A DNA stretch of 64,000 nt. It comes from Rubripirellula sp. Its GTDB lineage: Bacteria > Planctomycetota > Planctomycetia > Pirellulales > Pirellulaceae. Both the position numbers and the translations under genes were made by a program. Below, one piece after another: positions 57,010-64,000 of the stretch (within the stretch, counting starts at the first letter, position 1; every line of letters starts with the position of its first letter). The notes beneath the pieces are model-generated. The model worked only from the letters and a program-made list of their open reading frames with translations, ran no database searches and had not been told where the DNA came from. The stretch lies in assembly GCA_965216875.1 (NCBI GenBank), contig OZ244207.1, positions 2,528,001 to 2,592,000 of the forward strand, given 5' to 3'.

Positions 57010-59517
57010 CTACGCAAGGGCGACTTTCCCACGTTTCTTGCGCCAGACGCTGGCCGCGAACACCAAGATCGCAATCCATCCGATGCCGCAAACCGGAAGC
57101 GCCCAACGCACCCATTTCGGCTCATACCGGAATCGCAGTTCCCAATCTCCTGGCGGAACAACGACGCCCTGTTTCAAGTAGTCGACCGCAAAAACCTCGG
57201 TTGGCTGCCAAGCCTCGGATTCGCCCCTGGTTCGATAGCTTGCGATCCAGTTCCCATCTTGGAACACCGTTCGCTCGACAAGCATCGGGCGCGCCGAGCC
57301 CACCTCGATCACGCAGGATTCGGCGCGCGACTCGGTCACCTCAAAGCCCATCGACTCGTCGTCACTTTCGATCGGTTTGGGAGCGTCCGCAGGAAGGTTC
57401 GGCAGCAATTCGCCACCACCCACGCGACGCAAGAGCTCTCCCATTCCCGACTCACCAACGAGTTCACGGTTGCTCCACAGCAGATGAACGCGTACCGGTT
57501 CGGGAATGTCGACTTGATGGCTTTTTGCATCAACCAGGACCCTCGTCTTACCATCGATGTCGACGCGTTGACTCTTGTCTGTTGTATGCAACACGCGATC
57601 GACCCCAAGCCAGCGACGAACGTTGTGCCAATAGCGATCGATCTCGTGTTGAGGTCGACCACGCGTCACCGCCGCACTTTGTCGCCAAAACCATTGCATC
57701 GGACGACTTTGGATCGATGTCATGTTGTTGAGTACCCGTTGACGCTGCTCAAGGTGCCAGCGTCCAAACCACACGCCGCGAACACTCGCTTCGACATCAG
57801 CAAGTCGATCATCCGAACGGGTTTCTCGCCAGTCTTTCGGCCATCCACCCTGCGATTGGGTCCGCATCCAAAGCGACGACTCCGAACCAGGCTCGACTTT
57901 GATCGCGTCGACGAGTGCGATTTCAGATTGGGTTGGCACGCGATAAACCAACCGCCGTGCGGAAAGGGCAAGGTCAAGCAAGACGACGCCAAGCAGCAGA
58001 AGCTGGAGCGTCCGTAATGCGGCCGAGCCATGGAAACGACGTATCACAAGTAGCATCAGCGAGATCGCAATCGACGATTGCACCAGCGAAAGTGCAACCT
58101 CGCGGAACCCACCTGCAACATCAAGCGGTCCCCAAAAACGATCGTAAGGAACGGCGCTGACCCTGCCCAAAACGCCATCGGTTCGCATCGCAAACACCGC
58201 AGCCAAGCACGCAGCTGCCGAAAGTGAAAGCAGCAAAACGAGGTTCACCGATCGGAACAATCGGAGGTCGCGGCGGAGCCCCCGATCGAGCCAGGTTGCC
58301 GTCGTGACCGCACCACCCAACGCAACAAAGGGCAACCATTTGGTGGGATAGCGAAAGGCTTCGTAGCCTGGCAGAAACTGATTCAAGAACCAGTAGGGAC
58401 CTCCCACCGCGCTGTCCGCGCCGTCAAGGACTCCGACGGTATTTTGAAGCAACCAAACCAAGCCAAAATGGCCAAACGAAGCGAGCAGTCCGAAGGCGGC
58501 GATGCCCAGCCACAGATCAACACGGTCTCGACGAATTCGAATGAACCGCACCAACATGACTGCGGCAACCAAAACGCTCATGTAGATGGTCGGTGTCCAC
58601 ATCCGTCCGTCACCAGGCACGAGCCCGCTGATGCGGCGACTCTCTGGCAACAGGCTACCCGAAGCGTTTGGTGTCAAGAGTTCGGCGGCGTGCCAGGGCG
58701 GTAACGAGAACTGATAGGCTTCGTGCCGACGGCTATCCACGCGCGGCGGGCCAAAACGCACTCCCACATCCTTGCCGACTCGATCGCTCTGCCGACTCCA
58801 ATCGATCGACGCACAAACCTGAGGCAAGGACAGAACCATCGCGATGACCGGAACACTAAGGAGCACGAGCAACTGACGGCCGGTTTCGGGTTGCCGCTTG
58901 CAACAGCGGATCAGCCATGCGCCGAAGACGACCAACATCGCGTGCAGTGCGATTTGGGGGTCGCCACCGAGCACCATCATCGCCATCGCCAAACTTGGCC
59001 ACAAAACGCGAACCGACGGCGTGAGCATTCGCGTGCACAAAAGAGGTCCAAGCACCAACGGCAACCAAGCGGCCCCCACCAGAAAAGGCGGGTTCGTGTA
59101 AAGAAACAGGACCGAGCCTGAAAGCGGATAGATGGCTGCCGAAAAGTTGGCCGCAAGTTTTGACGCACCGGCCAGACGCGCGCAGTGCCTGGCTGAAGCT
59201 GCGGCAAGCACAAGGTGAATGGCCACGTACAACGCCATCGCCGAGCCGGCCGACATTGGCATCATGTAGACAAGGATCCGTAGCGGATAAAAGAACGCCG
59301 TGGTTGATTCGCCAACCAACGGAACGCCGGTTTGATCAAGCGGGTTCCAAAGTGGCAACCACTGCTGCGACGCACGATCGGCAATGTAATCGTACAGCGG
59401 AGTGTAGAAATGACTGACGTCCCGGAACGCCAATCGTTCAATCCCCAGAATACTGCCGGCAAACAGAAAGCCGATGACAACCGGGGCCGCCAGGACGCTT
59501 GTGCGAGAGAAATGCAT
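57010..59517 (-). CDS. YfhO-like polytopic membrane protein (putative GT-C glycosyltransferase)
   Basis: RD...FY.P, PLWNP....G.P, FYP, LGGDPQ, FRYP.KW; C-terminal W.A...G..V..G....RF.Y.P plus TM. Confidence 0.72.
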   Translation of the reverse strand: MHFSRTSVLAAPVVIGFLFAGSILGIERLAFRDVSHFYTPLYDYIADRASQQWLPLWNPLDQTGVPLVGESTTAFFYPLRILVYMMPMSAGSAMALYVAIHLVLAAASARHCARLAGASKLAANFSAAIYPLSGSVLFLYTNPPFLVGAAWLPLVLGPLLCTRMLTPSVRVLWPSLAMAMMVLGGDPQIALHAMLVVFGAWLIRCCKRQPETGRQLLVLLSVPVIAMVLSLPQVCASIDWSRQSDRVGKDVGVRFGPPRVDSRRHEAYQFSLPPWHAAELLTPNASGSLLPESRRISGLVPGDGRMWTPTIYMSVLVAAVMLVRFIRIRRDRVDLWLGIAAFGLLASFGHFGLVWLLQNTVGVLDGADSAVGGPYWFLNQFLPGYEAFRYPTKWLPFVALGGAVTTATWLDRGLRRDLRLFRSVNLVLLLSLSAAACLAAVFAMRTDGVLGRVSAVPYDRFWGPLDVAGGFREVALSLVQSSIAISLMLLVIRRFHGSAALRTLQLLLLGVVLLDLALSARRLVYRVPTQSEIALVDAIKVEPGSESSLWMRTQSQGGWPKDWRETRSDDRLADVEASVRGVWFGRWHLEQRQRVLNNMTSIQSRPMQWFWRQSAAVTRGRPQHEIDRYWHNVRRWLGVDRVLHTTDKSQRVDIDGKTRVLVDAKSHQVDIPEPVRVHLLWSNRELVGESGMGELLRRVGGGELLPNLPADAPKPIESDDESMGFEVTESRAESCVIEVGSARPMLVERTVFQDGNWIASYRTRGESEAWQPTEVFAVDYLKQGVVVPPGDWELRFRYEPKWVRWALPVCGIGWIAILVFAASVWRKKRGKVALA

Positions 59518-59556
59518 GGCGAACGGCGTGGAGCAAAAAGAGACGACGTAGAAGGA

Positions 59557-59991
59557 CTAGCGAGGGGCGGTGACGACTCCCGCTTGAGACTGCAGCCGCA
59601 GGGCATCGGCCCGCTGCATCACGGCGTCGGTTGGCTCCATGGTTTTGGGCACGAGTTCCACATCGATGATCCGCTCGTCACGAATCTCGCCAGGCCAAAG
59701 GGTCTCGGCGACAAAGTCGATACCGGGGTATTGGTACCAGGGAGGATTGATCCGGCGGCGAATGGTTTCCGTTCGATAGCCTTCCTTCTCGATCCGAATC
59801 TCGCGAGTCCCATAGTAAACGAAACTTGACGCAGCGGGAGTCGTACCGATGACTTGATTGTCGATCGACACCACCGCTCCAGGTGGGTTGGTTCGAACCG
59901 TCATCCGCCGACGCACGCACCCAACCGAACTGAGCAACATCGTTGCGATCAGCAGCAGGAACGGAGATCGGAATCGGCGACAAAAACTCAC
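59557..59991 (-). CDS. PEGA-domain lipoprotein
   Basis: Lipobox SVGC; V.TNPPGA.V.ID...IGTTP; GTREIRIEKEGY. Start inferred at GTG 59991. Confidence 0.8.
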   Translation of the reverse strand: MSFCRRFRSPFLLLIATMLLSSVGCVRRRMTVRTNPPGAVVSIDNQVIGTTPAASSFVYYGTREIRIEKEGYRTETIRRRINPPWYQYPGIDFVAETLWPGEIRDERIIDVELVPKTMEPTDAVMQRADALRLQSQAGVVTAPR

Positions 59992-60141
59992 GCGGGGTGG
60001 CTCCCGTGGTCTGGCGAGGAATTCGAATTCAGGCGTTCTGGATGAAGTAACAAGCCGCCGCCCGCCGTCGCCAGACCGTTTTGCCACCTTTCGAGTTTCA
60101 CGCCCAATCGCGCCGAAGGGCGAGACAACAAACGGTGAAAA

Positions 60142-60181
60142 TGCCGGATCAGCGTCGCTGTCGCTCCTTGATCCGGCCTAC
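60142..60181 (-). repeat. REP copy (GTAGGCCGGATCAAGG family)
   Basis: Reverse complement of the 37664 element. Confidence 0.85.
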
Positions 60182-60201
60182 CGCGATCACCGCGTGACGA
60201 A

Positions 60202-61929
60202 TCACGACGTCTGGTTCAGCTCGGCGGTGAGCTGTTCGCGAAAGATCTTGCTGTTGTGGCGAATGTCGACCGGAAGCGGTGTGTCGCGTATCACCACTTC
60301 TTCGATGCACCGAGTCAGTGGATTGCGAGATGCGAGTTCCAACAACTCTTCTCGCAGCTGTTGCCGCTCGCCTTCCGTGTTTGGTCGTTTTTCTTCAAAA
60401 GGCTGGACGATCACGACCGGAATCTGGTTTGGCCGCTCACCTCGAGGGACAAGTGCCGAGCGGTAGACCGACGGGTGATTGTTGAAAATCGCTTCGCACG
60501 GAACGGTGAACAAGGTTCGCTTGCCCATTTCGACGCGATGCGCTTTGCGGCCGCAAAACCAAAACCGATCGCGTTGATCCAGATAGCCGACATCACCCAT
60601 ACGATGCCAAACTCGCTCGCCATCTGCGACCTTGTGCATCGGGTTTTGGTCTTCGCGAACGACATACTTGCGAGTCACCATCGGACCGGTGACCATCAAT
60701 TCGCCAATCTTGCCCCGGGCCACTTCTTTGGTCTGACTGATGTCGGTGATTGGTCCATCTTCGATTTCAATCACGCGCCAAACAACATCATCAAACCGCG
60801 TTCCCACGCAGGTCCCCTTGCCTTTTCCGGATGCAGGCCCCGTTTCGGCGATAATCTCGCGTGATTCGATCGAAGCGATCGGCAATGCCTCGGTCGCTCC
60901 ATAGGGTGTCACGATCATCGCGTCCTCGGCAACGCGCGTCCGCAAGCTTTCAAGCGTCACCGCCGGCACAGGCGCTCCCGCAGAGAGCACACGCTCGAGG
61001 GTCGGAAAGGGTGGCGTATCCGATTTCCAATGCTTGTCACACCAACGAACGACCGTGTTCCAAAGCGCCGGTGAACCGAACGCTTGATCAATCTCCCACT
61101 GCTGCGCCGCTTCAATCAAACGTTGCGGGTTCACATCCGCCGGTCGCGTCGGATCCATATCTGGAATGATCGTCGTGACCCCCATCACCGCATCGAACAA
61201 TCCGAACAACGGAAAGCAAGCGAGGTCACGACTACCACGATGAATGTCGTACCGCTCGCGAATGCGATCGATTTGCGCGTGAAAGGTTTGATGAGTGTAC
61301 AGCACGCCTTTGGGCGGCCCGGTGCTGCCAGTGGTGAAGATCACCGCCGCATCATCGCTCCGCTGGACTTCCGGAAACTCAACATTCGATTGAGCCCCCA
61401 GCTGTTGAAGTTGCGAAAGCGTCTTCCCACCCCAAAACCAACGGCGACCAACAGTGACATTCCACTTTGCGTTTGGAAACCGTTTCCGAAGCACCGTTCG
61501 AATCGCTTGCGCTTTAGGAATCCCAACAAAACCATCTGGCTTGGCGTCCGAAATGCACTTCACCAAGTGCTTGCGTCCCATGCCTGGGTCGACCAAGACC
61601 GCGACAACGCCCGCTTTCAGCAACGCAAAGACGATTTCGATGAAGCCTGCACCAAAAGGAACAAGCATCACGAGCCGCATTCCGGGCTTCACGCCCCACT
61701 GCAACAAACCCTTGGCAATTTCGTCACTGCGCTGATCCAAACTGCCAAAGGTCGTCAGCGAATAGCTGCGAGCGCCATCAAGCTGTGGCGGCCCATCAGG
61801 CTGTGCAATCGCAACCGCACCTGGTGCCAGCGCGGTCACGACACGCAATCGTTGGGCAACGTTGCCGTCGGAAACAACAGAGCCAGCCTTCGAAATGCCG
61901 CCGCCCGCTGCAGGTGCCGGATCGCTCAT
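60202..61929 (-). CDS. AMP-dependent ligase, OleC-like (beta-lactone synthetase / fatty acid-CoA ligase family)
   Basis: DPGMG, FTTGSTGPPKG, FP.FGLF, PDMDPTRPA, SAGAPV, TPYGATEALP, HRMGD, FCGRK, PVDIRHNSKI.RE, a motif set typical of OleC. Confidence 0.82.
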   Translation of the reverse strand: MSDPAPAAGGGISKAGSVVSDGNVAQRLRVVTALAPGAVAIAQPDGPPQLDGARSYSLTTFGSLDQRSDEIAKGLLQWGVKPGMRLVMLVPFGAGFIEIVFALLKAGVVAVLVDPGMGRKHLVKCISDAKPDGFVGIPKAQAIRTVLRKRFPNAKWNVTVGRRWFWGGKTLSQLQQLGAQSNVEFPEVQRSDDAAVIFTTGSTGPPKGVLYTHQTFHAQIDRIRERYDIHRGSRDLACFPLFGLFDAVMGVTTIIPDMDPTRPADVNPQRLIEAAQQWEIDQAFGSPALWNTVVRWCDKHWKSDTPPFPTLERVLSAGAPVPAVTLESLRTRVAEDAMIVTPYGATEALPIASIESREIIAETGPASGKGKGTCVGTRFDDVVWRVIEIEDGPITDISQTKEVARGKIGELMVTGPMVTRKYVVREDQNPMHKVADGERVWHRMGDVGYLDQRDRFWFCGRKAHRVEMGKRTLFTVPCEAIFNNHPSVYRSALVPRGERPNQIPVVIVQPFEEKRPNTEGERQQLREELLELASRNPLTRCIEEVVIRDTPLPVDIRHNSKIFREQLTAELNQTS

Positions 61930-62885
61930 GAGCAACTCACTTGGCTGTTTGAATCTGGACTGTTCGATTCAGGGCTATTTGATTGGCGGACATCCAAACC
62001 AGCGCGTTGAAACAGCAGGCGGATGATTTCGTCAGCGATCGACTGGTCGCAAGCACGCTGGGCTCCTTTCCAACCGGGAATCGCATTCACTTCGAGGACG
62101 CGGTAGCCGCCATCTTCGGTGTGAAGGAAGTCGACCGAAGCAAAATCGAGTCCGATCTGTTCGAGAATTCGTTTGGCCATCGCAACCTGTTCGTCCGTCG
62201 GCACGACCTCTTTTGCGGTGCCGCCACTGATCACGTTCGTCCGAAAGTCGTTTGCATTGCTCCTCTCAACCGCGATCACACGATCGCCAATCACCAGCAG
62301 CCGAGTGTCGATACCACCGGGGGCAATGAATTCTTGCAGGTAGACAACCGCACCGACCTGTTCAAGCGTCGAAAAGGTGTACCAAGCGAGTTCGCGATCG
62401 GTCACTCGCATGACTCCGCGTCCTTCGCCCCCGAAAATGGGTTTGACAACAACATCGCCGCCCAGCGATTCGAACGCCGTCATCGCATCGGCTCGAGATT
62501 GGACAACGATCGTTCTTGGAACGGGATAGCCAAGCTTCGAGACGCGAGCGAGGGTCGCGTATTTGTCGATTGCAATCTCCAAAGCCGCCGGCTGATTGAC
62601 AATCGGTGTGCCACGCAGTGCGTGCAGGGTCGCTAACCGAAACGTGATCTGTTCGAGCGAACCGGCCGGCATCGTTCGCGTGAGGATTGCGTCAAAATGG
62701 TCGAGCGGCCCCGCCTCGCAAACGATTCCCGACTCGACGTCGCGGCCACACGAAAACACTTCCCCCTTGATCGACTCGTAAGTCGCGTAGGCGAGCTCAC
62801 TGCCAGCGGCTTCGGCTGCAGCGCGAAGTTGGTTCGAATGCCAACCTTCGCCACCACCGAGAACGAGGAATCGCGGTTGACTCAT
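61926..62885 (-). CDS. RimK-family ATP-grasp ligase (Orf5/MptN-type H4MPT glutamate ligase)
   Basis: GSLEQI.FRL, DKY, VVKPIFG..GRG, LQEFI, D.R..V, FRTN...GG, LEVNA.PGW; coupled to mch. Confidence 0.85.
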   Translation of the reverse strand: MSQPRFLVLGGGEGWHSNQLRAAAEAAGSELAYATYESIKGEVFSCGRDVESGIVCEAGPLDHFDAILTRTMPAGSLEQITFRLATLHALRGTPIVNQPAALEIAIDKYATLARVSKLGYPVPRTIVVQSRADAMTAFESLGGDVVVKPIFGGEGRGVMRVTDRELAWYTFSTLEQVGAVVYLQEFIAPGGIDTRLLVIGDRVIAVERSNANDFRTNVISGGTAKEVVPTDEQVAMAKRILEQIGLDFASVDFLHTEDGGYRVLEVNAIPGWKGAQRACDQSIADEIIRLLFQRAGLDVRQSNSPESNSPDSNSQVSCS

Positions 62886-63829
62886 GACAGGAACGATTGC
62901 CGCAGGACTTCCGTCTCGATACTGCCGTTGTGCCAAGTCTTGCCCGACCGCAAATTGTGAATGATCACGACAGCGGGGCTGAACAACAGCGGATCGACTT
63001 TGTAAAAGTCATAGTCATATTGTTTGAAGATCTTTGCAAACGGTTGACCATGATCCGAGGACGACGAACTCGGAGCCTGACTTGCAACGGCATCGATTGC
63101 ATCATCTTCACAATCGACCCACAGCGTCACGGTCGCTCCATAAAGCATCGCGTCGTTCGTGCGACCGATCCCACCGACCATGTCGCCTGGTTTTGCCGGC
63201 GGTGGCAGAGGAGCCGAGCCGGTTGCCGTGACAATCGACTTGACGTCAAACTTCAACTCATGAAGTTTATGCATCGCCGTTTCGACGCTTCGCGCGACGA
63301 CTTGCAGACTTCCTGCAATCGAAGTGCTCGGTGCGACCGCAATCGAGATTTGGTCTGTCGCGACTTTGCAATGTTCGCCGATCAATGCGATCGCCGACTC
63401 ACTTGGCAACTTGTCTGATTCGAGAACGCCGACGACATGACCGGACTGTTCGCAAAGCCCGAGCTCTTCGAGCGTTTCCTCGCGACCGCGCACAGCCCGC
63501 ATCGGACCACTTCCCATCGCGAAAAAGTCATCCGTTTGAACTGGCCAGCCGGCATATTGTGACGCCAAGCAAGCTCGTAGCGGATCGTCTGTAACCACAT
63601 GCACCAAGTTGCTTGCCGCAAGTTCATCAAACGATGCTGGCACAACTGACACTTGGCCGCGATCAGCCAAACACAATCGGGCGAGCATCAGTCCGGCGCC
63701 GATTGAACCGGGCGTCTTGATGCCAACATCCGCGATCGTCGCGCCGCCGACCGTCGACACCGTTGCCCCAAGTGACTCGGCGCGGCCGACCAATTCTTCG
63801 AATGTTCTTCGTGCAAGTTCGTTTAGCAT
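62882..63829 (-). CDS. mch: Methenyltetrahydromethanopterin cyclohydrolase
   Basis: ACLASQYAGW, MGSGP.RA, S.AGS.Q..ARS.E...HK, GRTNDA.LYG, DFYKVDP.LFSPA. Start ATG 63829. Confidence 0.96.
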   Translation of the reverse strand: MLNELARRTFEELVGRAESLGATVSTVGGATIADVGIKTPGSIGAGLMLARLCLADRGQVSVVPASFDELAASNLVHVVTDDPLRACLASQYAGWPVQTDDFFAMGSGPMRAVRGREETLEELGLCEQSGHVVGVLESDKLPSESAIALIGEHCKVATDQISIAVAPSTSIAGSLQVVARSVETAMHKLHELKFDVKSIVTATGSAPLPPPAKPGDMVGGIGRTNDAMLYGATVTLWVDCEDDAIDAVASQAPSSSSSDHGQPFAKIFKQYDYDFYKVDPLLFSPAVVIIHNLRSGKTWHNGSIETEVLRQSFLS

Positions 63830-64000
63830 GCGAAAAATGTCGTAAATACTGTCGTCGCTGGCAACCGGGGCAGCATTTTGACCTTTCAGGCGTTCCAGAT
63901 TGCCATTCGAGCCGCGACCTTTGGCGGTGCAACGCGGTTCGCAGTGTCCCTCCCCCTGCCCAAAAAGGGTCCGATCGGTCATCCTAGCGGGGTCGTTTCC

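Overview
The window looks like chromosomal DNA from a Planctomycete, most likely Pirellulaceae. This is inferred from planctomycete-type Ser/Thr kinases, an ECF-kinase pair, SHD1 and PEGA proteins, and the H4MPT genes mch and orf5. It holds about 47 CDS. Housekeeping genes are rarA (partial), guaB, surE, yajC-secDF, mfd, korAB and mch. Accessory modules sit between them: (i) a ROK-regulated operon of an aldo-keto reductase, an Fe(II)/2-oxoglutarate dioxygenase, an MFS transporter and a TauE exporter, with a divergent Gfo/Idh/MocA gene and a palindromic operator; this is the best candidate for a new system, probably oxygenolytic desulfonation of a sulfosugar; (ii) a RedB/RedC-like multi-step phosphorelay ending in an HDOD protein; (iii) a divergent ECF sigma factor and zinc-finger Ser/Thr kinase; (iv) an mch-orf5-oleC-like translationally coupled operon. 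Several proteins have altered catalytic motifs: a SelA-like protein lacking the PLP lysine, a decaying kinase, and a phosphatase with a His P-loop. Intergenic DNA is packed with at least seven REP-like repeat families in mosaics, plus a TA-flanked MITE. I found no rRNA, tRNA, CRISPR array or transposase. All family calls come from motif recognition by eye, with no database search.
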